Positions 1-9,491 of a stretch of 64,000 bases of DNA are shown piece after piece. Position 1 is the first letter of the stretch; each line of letters starts with the position of its first letter. The notes beneath the pieces are model-generated. The model ran no database searches. It saw only the letters and a program-made list of their open reading frames with translations, and had not been told where the DNA came from. Position numbers and translations under genes: made by a program. Origin of the DNA: a virus; the IMG/VR virus record IMGVR_UViG_3300034071_001405, positions 4,250 through 68,249 of that record. One strand, 5' to 3'.

Positions 1-1
1 C

Positions 2-1567
2 CCAGACAAAGTTCTTAACTGGGAACAAAAGATAGAAGTTAACCAGGGAGGTAAAAAACGTGACGTAGGTTTGAAGTCAGTTATCTTTGGTCTAGCGCTT
101 GAAAAAGATCCTACCAATGGTGTTGGTGGACCTTGTACTTTTTTCTTCCACGAGGAGGCTGGTATTGCTCCTAAGATGAATGAAACCTTAGAATACTTAC
201 TACCAGCAATGAAATCAGGTATGATATACACTGGTATGTTTGTGGTAGCCGGTTCTGTGGGTGATTTGGAACAATGTGAACCATTAAGAGAATTGATAAT
301 GAATCCTGACTCTAAAGATGTTCTTGCTGTAGAAACTAATTTGATTAACGCAGAAGGGCAAATTGGAGAGTGTGGTTTGTTTATTCCTGAGCAATGGAGT
401 ATGCAACCTTGCATAGATGAGTTTGGAAATTCACAAGTAGAAAAAGCACTTGAGATGATTTTAGCAGAAAGAGAAATCTGGAAAAAAACACTTAAACCTG
501 AAGATTATCAGTTAAGGATTTCTCAGAAACCTATTAACATAGAAGAAGCGTTTGCATACAGAAAAGTATCTAAGTTCCCATTACATCTTGTCACAAAACA
601 GTTGAGAAGAATTGAAGACAAAGAATACTTTACAGAATATGTTGAACTGGATAGAGATGACAAAGGTGGCATTGTTACTCGTGAATCAAGAAAGCTTCCT
701 ATCATGGAATTTCCTATATCACCTAAAACTGAAAACAAAGAAGGTGTGGTAGTTATATATGAAAGGCCAGTAAAAGACCCTCAGTTTGGAATGTACTATG
801 GTTCTGTCGATCCAGTGTCTGAGGGTAAGACAACTACCTCAGATTCATTGTGTTCCATATTTATATACAAGACCATGCAAGAAATTACCAAACATAAAAT
901 GGATGGTACAATAGAACAACACATTGAACGTGATAAACTTGTTGCTAGTTGGTGTGGTCGTTTTGATGATTTGAACAAAACACATCAACGTTTAGAAATG
1001 TTGATTGAATACTATAATGCATGGACAATTGTAGAGAATAACATAAGTTTGTTCATACAGTACATGATATCAAGACGCAAGCAAAGATACTTAGTTCCTA
1101 AAAGTCAAATTCTATTCTTAAAGGAATTACAAAGTAATAACAATGTCTTCCAAGAATATGGTTGGAGAAACGTAGGAACTATCTTTAAGACAAACTTAAT
1201 TTCTTATGCAATACAGTTCTTAGAAGAACACTTAGATGTTGAAACAAAACCTAATGGTGAAATTGTTAAAACAACATATGGTATTGAAAGAATCCCAGAT
1301 ATAATGCTACTAAAAGAAATGGCAGCATACAGAGATGGATTAAACGTGGATAGACTGGTGGCATTCTGTGCGCTAGTCGCATTTGCAAAAGTACAAGAGT
1401 CAAACAGAGGTTACTCAAAACGTGTAGAACGTGAAGATAGTAATTTGGATAACTCTAAAAAAATAGGTAAATTAACTATGAGCCCTTTTAAGAATATGGG
1501 AAGAACAAACTCATCCTCTATTACTGGATTGAAAGCTACTAGAAATCCTTTTAAAAATTACAAGTAA
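2..1567 (+). CDS. terL: Terminase large subunit, C-terminal part (5'-truncated by window edge)
   Basis: Frame is open from base 2 (PDKVLNWEQK...), upstream of the tracked TTG at 71. Walker B-like FFFHEEAG, RNase H-like nuclease motif YYGSVDP and distal DRLVAF; lies directly before the portal gene. Confidence 0.92.
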   Translation, partial: PDKVLNWEQKIEVNQGGKKRDVGLKSVIFGLALEKDPTNGVGGPCTFFFHEEAGIAPKMNETLEYLLPAMKSGMIYTGMFVVAGSVGDLEQCEPLRELIMNPDSKDVLAVETNLINAEGQIGECGLFIPEQWSMQPCIDEFGNSQVEKALEMILAEREIWKKTLKPEDYQLRISQKPINIEEAFAYRKVSKFPLHLVTKQLRRIEDKEYFTEYVELDRDDKGGIVTRESRKLPIMEFPISPKTENKEGVVVIYERPVKDPQFGMYYGSVDPVSEGKTTTSDSLCSIFIYKTMQEITKHKMDGTIEQHIERDKLVASWCGRFDDLNKTHQRLEMLIEYYNAWTIVENNISLFIQYMISRRKQRYLVPKSQILFLKELQSNNNVFQEYGWRNVGTIFKTNLISYAIQFLEEHLDVETKPNGEIVKTTYGIERIPDIMLLKEMAAYRDGLNVDRLVAFCALVAFAKVQESNRGYSKRVEREDSNLDNSKKIGKLTMSPFKNMGRTNSSSITGLKATRNPFKNYK

Positions 1568-1586
1568 GGACATAAAATAAAACAAC

Positions 1587-4313
1587 ATGAAGATATATAA
1601 TGCACTACAGCTGAAAAACGGTGCTAAGGCTGAAAATAACAGAATGGGTACACTGACTCAACCTGTCCAATTCCTAAGTAGAAAGGAAAAAGATGATGCG
1701 TGGGGTGCTTGGTGTATGGACTGGTTAGAGATGCAAGGTCTAAAACAAATTAGAAGAAATGCAAAACGTCTTTTAAAGAACTACAAGCTTGCTAATGGTA
1801 TCATTGACAAAACAGATTACATTGTTGAAGAAAACAATGAAGCTGCAGAACTTATTGATATTTTAACAAAAGCTGATGAAAGTGCTTTTGAGCTAAAATT
1901 TTTTCCTATCATACCTAATGTTATAAATGTTCTTACTGGTGAGTTTGCAAAACGCAATGACAAAATTACTTACCGTGCAGTTGATGATATTTCATATAAT
2001 GAAATGTTAGAAGCAAAACGTGCAATGGTAGAAGAAGTTCTTGTAACAGACGCAGAAAGAAAAATGCAACAAACCATAGAAGCTATGGGATTAAATCTTG
2101 AAGATGAAGAACAAGCAGCTCAAGCTCAGCAAATGATGTCACCAGAAAATCTGAAAACATTACCTGAGATAGAAGAGTTCTTCCGCAAAGACTATCGTTC
2201 TCTTGTTGAAGAGTGGGCAACACATCAGCATGAAGTTGACGAAGAAAGGTTTACCATGAAAGAAATGGAAAACATGGCATTCAAAGACATGCTTATTTCA
2301 GACCGTGAGTTCTGGCATTTCAAAATGAATGAGGATGATTATGAGATAGAGTTGTGGAACCCTGTTCTTACTTTTTACCACAAATCTCCAGAAGCAAAAT
2401 ACATTTCACAATCTAACTGGGCCGGACGTGTAGACCTTATGACTATTGCAGACGTAGTAGATAAATATGGTTACATGATGGATGCTGACCAACTTGAATC
2501 TTTAGAAGCTATTTATCCTGTACATTCTGCAGGTTACATTATACCGGGACAACAAAATGATGGTTCTTTCTATGATGCAACACGTTCACATGAGTGGAAT
2601 ACGCAAGGGCCTTCTCTTGGTATGCGTCAATTTTTAACAGCACGTGATACTTTTGTAAATACAGGAGATGATATCATCATGCAGATTGTTAACCAATCTG
2701 AAAGTGTTCAAGACTTTAATGACGTTTCTCTTTTGAGAGTAACAAATTGCTATTGGAAGTCACAACGTATGGTTGGCCACTTGAGTAAGATTGATGAGCA
2801 AGGTCAACTTATTGACATGATTGTTGATGAGAACTATAAAGTTACAACAAAACCTATTTATGATACTACAGTACTTAAAAATAAAAATCGCGAAACACTT
2901 GTCTATGGTGAACACATTGATTGGATATGGATCAATGAAGTTTGGGGAGGTACAAAGATTGGCCCAAATAGACCAGCTTTCTTTGGTAATAATGATATAC
3001 TTGGATTCCAACCACTCTATCTAAATGTAAAACCTGTAAAGTTTCAGTTTAAAGGTGACTTTACACTGTATGGTTGCAAGTTGCCGGTTGAAGGTGCAGT
3101 GTTTACAGAACGTAATACCAAGTCAATGTCTCTTGTTGACAAGATGAAACCATATCAAATTGGTTACAACTTAGTAAACAATCAGATTGCTGACATCCTT
3201 ATTGATGAATTAGGAACTGTAATAATGCTTGACCAAAATGCTTTACCAAGACATTCAATGGGTGAAGACTGGGGTAAGAACAATTACGCAAATGCTTTTG
3301 TGGCAATGAAGAATTTTCAAATGTTGCCATTGGATACTTCCATTACAAATACAGAAAACGCATTAAACTTTCAACACTATCAAGTTTTAAATCTTGAGCA
3401 GACTAATCGTTTGATGTCTAGAATACAACTGTCTAATTATTTCAAAAGTCAATGCTTTGAAACAATTGGTATATCTCCACAACGTATGGGAGCTGTGAAT
3501 GCACAAGAAACAGCACAAGGAATTGAACAAGCAATAAACATGAGTTATTCTCAGACAGAGGTTTACTTTATTCAACACAGTGAGTATCTTATGCCACGCG
3601 TTCATCAAATGAGAACTGACCTTGCTCAATACTATAATTCAACAAAACCTTCTCTTCGTTTACAGTACATGACATCAATGGATGAGAAAGTAAACTTTGA
3701 AATAAATGGTACTGAACTTTTAGCTCGTGACTTGAACATCTTTATTTCTACAAAAGTAAATCAGCGTCAAGTAATAGAACAAATACGTGGGTTAGCTCTT
3801 TCTAATAATACTTCAGGTGCTTCTATATATGACTTAGGTAACATTATCAAAAGTGATTCAATGGCAGAGATTACACATGCAATGAAAGGCATTGAAGAAA
3901 AAACTAACAAAGCTAAACAGCAAGAAATGCAAGCAATGCAAGAAGCTGAAAAAATGCGTCAAGAAGGTGAGTCTGCTCGTTTGGAAGCTAAGTTGAGATA
4001 TGAAGCTGAACAAAAACAGTTAGATCGTGATAGTCAAGTTGAAATAGCTCAAATACGTTCAGCAGGTTATGCAGCAATGAACGACCGTGATGAGAACAAG
4101 CAAAACGACTACATAGACACTCTTGAGTATCTTGACAAAAAGAACATGAAAGAGGCTGACCAAGCTATTGCGCGTGACCGCGAGTTAAATCGTACTATTA
4201 CAGAACAGAAAAAACTTGAGCTTCAACGTCAAGAATTATTGTCAAAAGAGAGAATTGCTGAAAAACAATTGCAGATAGCACGTACAAACAAAAATAAATA
4301 TGACAAGAAGTAA
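1587..4313 (+). CDS. Portal protein (crAss-like), 908 aa
   Basis: Position after terL; size; IIPNVINVLTGEF and SLVDKMKPYQIGYN segments typical of crAss-like portals; C-terminal coiled coil. Confidence 0.88.
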   Translation: MKIYNALQLKNGAKAENNRMGTLTQPVQFLSRKEKDDAWGAWCMDWLEMQGLKQIRRNAKRLLKNYKLANGIIDKTDYIVEENNEAAELIDILTKADESAFELKFFPIIPNVINVLTGEFAKRNDKITYRAVDDISYNEMLEAKRAMVEEVLVTDAERKMQQTIEAMGLNLEDEEQAAQAQQMMSPENLKTLPEIEEFFRKDYRSLVEEWATHQHEVDEERFTMKEMENMAFKDMLISDREFWHFKMNEDDYEIELWNPVLTFYHKSPEAKYISQSNWAGRVDLMTIADVVDKYGYMMDADQLESLEAIYPVHSAGYIIPGQQNDGSFYDATRSHEWNTQGPSLGMRQFLTARDTFVNTGDDIIMQIVNQSESVQDFNDVSLLRVTNCYWKSQRMVGHLSKIDEQGQLIDMIVDENYKVTTKPIYDTTVLKNKNRETLVYGEHIDWIWINEVWGGTKIGPNRPAFFGNNDILGFQPLYLNVKPVKFQFKGDFTLYGCKLPVEGAVFTERNTKSMSLVDKMKPYQIGYNLVNNQIADILIDELGTVIMLDQNALPRHSMGEDWGKNNYANAFVAMKNFQMLPLDTSITNTENALNFQHYQVLNLEQTNRLMSRIQLSNYFKSQCFETIGISPQRMGAVNAQETAQGIEQAINMSYSQTEVYFIQHSEYLMPRVHQMRTDLAQYYNSTKPSLRLQYMTSMDEKVNFEINGTELLARDLNIFISTKVNQRQVIEQIRGLALSNNTSGASIYDLGNIIKSDSMAEITHAMKGIEEKTNKAKQQEMQAMQEAEKMRQEGESARLEAKLRYEAEQKQLDRDSQVEIAQIRSAGYAAMNDRDENKQNDYIDTLEYLDKKNMKEADQAIARDRELNRTITEQKKLELQRQELLSKERIAEKQLQIARTNKNKYDKK

Positions 4314-4353
4314 AGCGTTATAGCAATATAGTGCTAATAAATTTATTATATAC

Positions 4354-4392
4354 ATCTACAGAATGTAAATCTTCAAGGTTTATTCTGTAGAT
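4354..4392. repeat. Intergenic inverted repeat overlapping a putative promoter
   Basis: ATCTACAGAAT (4354-4364) / ATTCTGTAGAT (4382-4392) enclosing near-palindrome AAATCTT-C-AAGGTTT. Confidence 0.75.
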
Positions 4393-4436
4393 TATATATG
4401 AACAAGAACAAAAAAACAAACCAACAACATTAACTT

Positions 4437-5684
4437 ATGAGTACGGAAAACCAACAAACATCTGTGTCTAATGTAACACTTGACAACATAGATGATTTTT
4501 TACCAATGCCAGGAGCAGAAAGCATTGTTACATCAGATGGAGATGACAAACCAGGGTTCTTTGCAAAAGAACATAAAGTAGATCTTTCATTTCTTGATTC
4601 TGAAAATGAAAATTCAGCAGAAAACAAAGGTGAAGCTAAACCAAACTCTGCAACAACAGCAGCTGCATTAGCTGACCTAGATGCTGAGTTAGAAGCTGAA
4701 GACGACCAAACCATTGAAAAACAAAAAGGTGGTCGTAAGAAGATAGACAAAAGTGGTCTAGTAGAAACATTCTCAAAACTATTTGAAGATGGTTTACTTG
4801 CACCATTTGAAGATGAGAAACCGCTTGAAGAGTATTCTGTAAAAGATTGGCAGGATTTAATATCTGCTAACATAGAAGAAAAAGAAAAAGCTTTAAGAGA
4901 GCAAACACCAAAAGAGTTCTTTGAATCATTACCTCAAGAATTACAGTACGCTGCAGAATATGTAGCAAAAGGTGGAACAGACATAAAAGGTTTGTTCAGA
5001 GCACTTTCTCAAGTTGAGGAAGTACGTCAACTAGACCCTGCTGTACCAGAACATCACGAGTATATTGTAAGACAGTACATGCAAGCTACCAATTTTGGTA
5101 ATGGAGATGCTGACTTATTAGAAGACCAAGTGCAAGAATGGATTGAATCAGGCTTACTTGGAAAAAAAGCACAACAGTTTAAACCAAAACTGGACGCTAT
5201 GCAAGAAGAAGTCATTCAAGGTAAGCTAGAACAGCAAGAACAATTTCGTGCAGAACAACAAAAGAAAAAAGAAGAGTACATGGACAACATCTACAACACT
5301 TTGAAACCTGCAGAAATAAATGGTATTAAGATAGATGCAAAACGTCAAAAATTCTTATGGGAAGAATTGACATCTGTAAAATATCAAAGCATGACAGGAC
5401 GTCCAACAAACTTATTGGGCAAATTGTTAGAAGACCATCAGTTCAGCAAAACACCTAGATATGACCTGATTGCTGAAACACTTTGGTTGTTATCTGACCC
5501 AGAAGACTATAAAGAGTCTATCAGAAAACAGGCCAAGAATGAAGTAACTCAAGAAACAGTGAGAAAATTAAAAACAGAAGAGGCAAGAAAAATTGCATCA
5601 ACTGTAAAAGATGAAGAAGAAGAGGAACAAAAAACAACAAGAAAGATACCTCGCCCTGCTGCAAACATTTTCAAACGTAATTAA
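4437..5684 (+). CDS. Acidic, helical protein preceding MCP; putative scaffold/head assembly protein
   Basis: Acidic low-complexity N-terminus, coiled-coil character, position between portal and MCP. Confidence 0.6.
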   Translation: MSTENQQTSVSNVTLDNIDDFLPMPGAESIVTSDGDDKPGFFAKEHKVDLSFLDSENENSAENKGEAKPNSATTAAALADLDAELEAEDDQTIEKQKGGRKKIDKSGLVETFSKLFEDGLLAPFEDEKPLEEYSVKDWQDLISANIEEKEKALREQTPKEFFESLPQELQYAAEYVAKGGTDIKGLFRALSQVEEVRQLDPAVPEHHEYIVRQYMQATNFGNGDADLLEDQVQEWIESGLLGKKAQQFKPKLDAMQEEVIQGKLEQQEQFRAEQQKKKEEYMDNIYNTLKPAEINGIKIDAKRQKFLWEELTSVKYQSMTGRPTNLLGKLLEDHQFSKTPRYDLIAETLWLLSDPEDYKESIRKQAKNEVTQETVRKLKTEEARKIASTVKDEEEEEQKTTRKIPRPAANIFKRN

Positions 5685-5733
5685 CACAACAAACAACAAT
5701 AACACATATAATCACTTAATAACAATTTAACCT

Positions 5734-7383
5734 ATGAGCACACCTGTTTTAAACAATGGTCTCTTCTTACGCGACACTAGCTACAAAGTTAGTTCACACG
5801 TAGACAGCTACCACTTAGTCAACATGATGAAAGGCACTGAACCTATGGATTTAGGTCCGGTTGACCTTTGGGCAATGACCCAAAAAGTAGAAATGCCGCT
5901 TTACCAAATGGCATCCTTTGGTGGTAAAAACACTATTTCTGTAGACAACCCTCGTGGTGAATACAAATGGCAAACTCCAATCGTACAGGATCTTCCTTAC
6001 GTTGTGGAAGATGTTGAACCTGCAATTTTAGTACTTGGACAAGATGGTACAACTTTCAAAATCAAATTGAACAAACGTTCTTTTGGTCATGGAGACATTA
6101 TCACTTATGACAAATACAAAGGAGCAGAGTTATACATCACTGCTGAAGATATTCTTCCTTCTGGAGATGGTTTCGTTTACACTGTTCAGTTAGTGAACAA
6201 TGACAACTTAAAAGCACTTGACAAAAAGTACTTAAAACCTGGAACTAAATTCTTCAGAAAAGGTTCTGCCCGTGGAGAATATGGAGAAAGATTTTCTGAC
6301 ATTGGTGAATTGAGTGCTGGTTTCCGTGAGTACTACAACTTCGTTGGTGGTGCTGAAGCTCACGTACATTACTCAGTTTCTTCTAGAGCAGAGTTAATGA
6401 TGAAAGGTGGAATGAACGCAGATGGTACAGTTCCGGTAACTGAAATCTGGAGATCATTTGACGCTAACATATCTAGTGATCCTTCTTTAACAAACATTGA
6501 TGCAATGGTTGCTAAAATGGGTAAAGACTACATCAAAAAAGCATATGACAATGGTACATTGACTCGTTCATTTGTAACTAAAATGGAATCTGCTCACTTG
6601 ACCAAAATTGCAAACGACATTGAAACCTACTTAATGTGGGGACAAGGTGGACGTATTAAACAAGATGGTCCAGATGATTTACGTTTATCAGTGGGTCTTT
6701 GGTCACAGTTAGATAACTCTTTCAAAAGAATCTACAACAAAAGCTCATTTAGTTTGGAATTATTCCGTTCTGAGATCTTCAACTTCTACAATGGTAAAGT
6801 TGACTTCAAAGGTCCAGATCCTCAACGTCAAATAATTGTTCAAACTGGTATGGCTGGTATGAGAATGGTTAACGAAGGTATTAAAAAAGAAGCGTTTGGT
6901 ACAGCTGGTACTGGTACTTCATTGACTGCTGACATGAGTAAATCAGGTTTAGGAGCAATTAGTGGTTCTAACGCTATGGATTTAAACTTTGGTTTTGCAT
7001 TCACTAGCTACACTATTCCGTTCTTAGCAAACGTTAAGTTTGTATTGAACCCTGCTTTTGACAACGTTCACACAAATGATATTGAAAACCCAATCATTGA
7101 TGGTTTCCCATTATCTTCTTACAACTTCATTGTATTTGACATCACTGACAACACAAATGACAACATCTACTTGTTGAAATTGAAATGGGACAGTGAGTTG
7201 AAATGGTTCTACCAAAACGGAACTATGGACTACATGGGTCGTACACAAGGCTTTGCATCTTCTGGTAACTTCAACGGTTATCGTGTAATGATGACGCAAA
7301 CTATGCCTTCTATCTGGGTTAAAGACCCAACTAAAGTTCTAAAAATTGTGATGCGTAATCCTATCACAGGTGGATCATTCTAA
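5734..7383 (+). CDS. Major capsid protein, 549 aa
   Basis: Synteny (portal-scaffold-MCP), size, strongly biased codons (AAC/TTC/GGT/CGT), YLMWGQGG and GLWSQL segments, downstream hairpin. Confidence 0.88.
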   Translation: MSTPVLNNGLFLRDTSYKVSSHVDSYHLVNMMKGTEPMDLGPVDLWAMTQKVEMPLYQMASFGGKNTISVDNPRGEYKWQTPIVQDLPYVVEDVEPAILVLGQDGTTFKIKLNKRSFGHGDIITYDKYKGAELYITAEDILPSGDGFVYTVQLVNNDNLKALDKKYLKPGTKFFRKGSARGEYGERFSDIGELSAGFREYYNFVGGAEAHVHYSVSSRAELMMKGGMNADGTVPVTEIWRSFDANISSDPSLTNIDAMVAKMGKDYIKKAYDNGTLTRSFVTKMESAHLTKIANDIETYLMWGQGGRIKQDGPDDLRLSVGLWSQLDNSFKRIYNKSSFSLELFRSEIFNFYNGKVDFKGPDPQRQIIVQTGMAGMRMVNEGIKKEAFGTAGTGTSLTADMSKSGLGAISGSNAMDLNFGFAFTSYTIPFLANVKFVLNPAFDNVHTNDIENPIIDGFPLSSYNFIVFDITDNTNDNIYLLKLKWDSELKWFYQNGTMDYMGRTQGFASSGNFNGYRVMMTQTMPSIWVKDPTKVLKIVMRNPITGGSF

Positions 7384-7403
7384 GATCTACTGAAGGCCTT
7401 GCA

Positions 7404-7434
7404 AACTAGGGGGTGTAAAAACCTCCTAGTTATT
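7404..7434 (+). terminator. Hairpin after MCP (terminator or mRNA stabiliser)
   Basis: AACTAGGGGGT-GTAAAA-ACCTCCTAGTT 11-bp stem (one G.U); only a weak U-tract follows. Confidence 0.6.
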
Positions 7435-7506
7435 GCATCAAAGAACTCCACCCCCTCCCCTGTCAAAGTAGTACTTTGGCAATATGCCTGGGATAAAACC
7501 CAGGTA

Positions 7507-7561
7507 CTCCTGAGAAGCAACAACCGTGACGTGGTTCAGGAGCTTTAAACTAAGAGTTGCT
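7507..7561 (+). ncRNA. Candidate HDV-like (theta/minimal delta-like) ribozyme-fold pseudoknot
   Basis: P1 CTCCTGA/TCAGGAG, P2 AGCAAC/GTTGCT, P3 ACC/GGT, 7-nt L3 GTGACGT, CTAA junction. Deviates from consensus at +1 (C) and in L3. Confidence 0.35.
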
Positions 7562-7598
7562 AAAACAGAACAAGAACAAACCAAACCAACAAAATCAA

Positions 7599-8615
7599 AT
7601 GGAAGTATCAATTATTGAGAAGCACCAAGCTTTTAAAAAATCAAGCACTTTAGCAGTGCGACCGTATGTAGACAATGCAACAGCAAACATGGGCCTTGAA
7701 AAATACCAGATGGTAGTTTTTGAAGGAGTAGTTCATGAGGAGCAATTAGCATGTTTAGAGTACAATGGAATCAAACGTTATGTAACTGGTCTAAATGAAT
7801 TTGCACCAGAAGTTAAAATGTTATCTGAAGATGACAGAGAAGCAGTTGTAAAACAGATACGTATTACAGTATCACAACTTGAAAAAGAACTAGCTTCAAA
7901 CGTTGTTGACCCTGATGACAAAGAATTCTGGAACAAGGTTAGATTATTAAGACCAGACAATGATGACTTCTGGGGTAAAATTGTAATGCGTTTTGGCAAT
8001 GAGCCTATTTTCTTAGACCCATCCAAAGACCCTTATGACCTTATAAAACTTAAAGCAATTGAGGCAGGTGGATTTTCTACAGTATGTAAATCATTGGAAG
8101 AAGCGCGTGTACAACCAGTTCCACCAAAGTTTTACTTAGATAAGTTTGAAGAAACTGCTTCAATAAGAACTGAGGTTAAAAAATTACGTAACAAAGCTTT
8201 GGCTGAATTACAGAAGTTTTTTGACAAGAACTCAAACAAACTGTTCTATGTATGTAAAGTTATTGATGCAAACAGCACTCAATATAAAAAATCAACTCCA
8301 CTTGACATCTTGTATGACAACATGGATAAGTACATAAATGGTGAAACAGTTGACAAAGACAAACGCAAAACTGCACAACGTTTCTTAGAAATTGCAGCTT
8401 TGGATATGGAAACTTTAAAATTACGCTCTTTAGTTAAAGATGCTAATTTTTACAAAATAATTGCAACACGTGGTGATGGTTTTATATATCACATGAAGAG
8501 TACCTCAATGATGGGTAAAAATTCATCTGATGTTGTAGAATTCTTAAAGAACCCTTTGAATGAAGAAGTTCTTTCAGACATCACAAAGAATGTAGAAACT
8601 TTTTGGAATCAATAA
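7599..8615 (+). CDS. Conserved crAss-like protein downstream of MCP (gene 75-like)
   Basis: Long ORF; ATG 7599 after an A-rich leader is preferred over the tracked TTG 7557; synteny. Confidence 0.6.
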   Translation: MEVSIIEKHQAFKKSSTLAVRPYVDNATANMGLEKYQMVVFEGVVHEEQLACLEYNGIKRYVTGLNEFAPEVKMLSEDDREAVVKQIRITVSQLEKELASNVVDPDDKEFWNKVRLLRPDNDDFWGKIVMRFGNEPIFLDPSKDPYDLIKLKAIEAGGFSTVCKSLEEARVQPVPPKFYLDKFEETASIRTEVKKLRNKALAELQKFFDKNSNKLFYVCKVIDANSTQYKKSTPLDILYDNMDKYINGETVDKDKRKTAQRFLEIAALDMETLKLRSLVKDANFYKIIATRGDGFIYHMKSTSMMGKNSSDVVEFLKNPLNEEVLSDITKNVETFWNQ

Positions 8616-8627
8616 TTACATCCTAAC

Positions 8628-8663
8628 GCATATAAAATGGTCAATATCAGCCATTTTATATGC
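8628..8663. repeat. Perfect 13-bp inverted repeat
   Basis: GCATATAAAATGG-N10-CCATTTTATATGC in the intergenic gap. Confidence 0.8.
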
Positions 8664-8680
8664 AATAAGATATAAACACT

Positions 8681-9379
8681 ATGAATAATAATCTGCTACA
8701 AATCAAAATTAAAGAGCGTCTAAACAAGCTTGCATCTCTAGATTATGACAATCTTGAGTGTTGGCAGATTGTAGAAGCTTTTAACAAAGCACAATTAGAA
8801 TGGGTGAGACGTCAAGTTCATGGTAACAACTTGCGTAAAGAAGGAGATGAATCAACAAAGATGTTAATTGATGATTTGCAAATATTACTTGTAGAACAAA
8901 ACATAACTGGTACTAATCAACCTAAGTTTTTACAAACAGCTTTATTACCAAATGATTATCTATATTTTAAAAAGTTATCTGCAGAATCAAATACAGAGTG
9001 TTGTCCTAACAGATTTTTAGTTTGTTACCTAGCTGAAGTTGCTGATACAGATAATCTTTTAGTAGATCTTTTCAGAAAACCTAGCGCAGAGTGGGGAGAA
9101 ACTTTCTTTACACTACAAGGTAACCGCATTAGAATTTATCACAATGATGAGTTTGAAATTCAGAATCCTAAGTTGACATACTATCGCAATCCAAGAACAA
9201 TAAGTTTTGCGGGTTGTGTTAACCCTGCAGACGGAACTGCTACAGTGAATGTAGAATCTGAATTCAAAGATGACATTGTTGAGTTAATTGTTGATGAAAC
9301 AGCTGCAATACTTGCAGGTGACATGGAACTATTTAACCAATATCAAAGAGGTAAAACTAACGCTCAAAACAATAACTAA
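8681..9379 (+). CDS. Ring/head-tail connector protein (gene 74-like)
   Basis: 232 aa; FNKAQ, LPNDYL, LTYYRNP and SEF...IVELIVD segments characteristic of ring/adaptor proteins; synteny. Confidence 0.65.
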   Translation: MNNNLLQIKIKERLNKLASLDYDNLECWQIVEAFNKAQLEWVRRQVHGNNLRKEGDESTKMLIDDLQILLVEQNITGTNQPKFLQTALLPNDYLYFKKLSAESNTECCPNRFLVCYLAEVADTDNLLVDLFRKPSAEWGETFFTLQGNRIRIYHNDEFEIQNPKLTYYRNPRTISFAGCVNPADGTATVNVESEFKDDIVELIVDETAAILAGDMELFNQYQRGKTNAQNNN

Positions 9380-9491
9380 AAAAAATTGACAAAAACTAAC
9401 ACATAAATTTTTTATTCTGTAGAAGAATGCTTAAATTATTAATAAACACAAAACACTAAACTTATATTTTTAACCCCTAATCTTTTAAAAA

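Noticed and set aside
1478-1567. Duplicated PFKN motif at the terminase C-terminus
   Set aside because: Too short to interpret.
2-7383. Introns or inteins in terL, portal or MCP
   Set aside because: Frames are continuous, with no homing endonuclease or intein splice motifs seen in the visible parts.
7441-7506. tRNA upstream of the ribozyme-like element
   Set aside because: Hairpins do not form a cloverleaf; no TTCGA T-loop or acceptor stem.
7507-7570. SAM-II, SAH or pistol RNA
   Set aside because: Only superficial word matches (GCTAAAA, CGTGGTT); the required pairings and conserved cores are missing.
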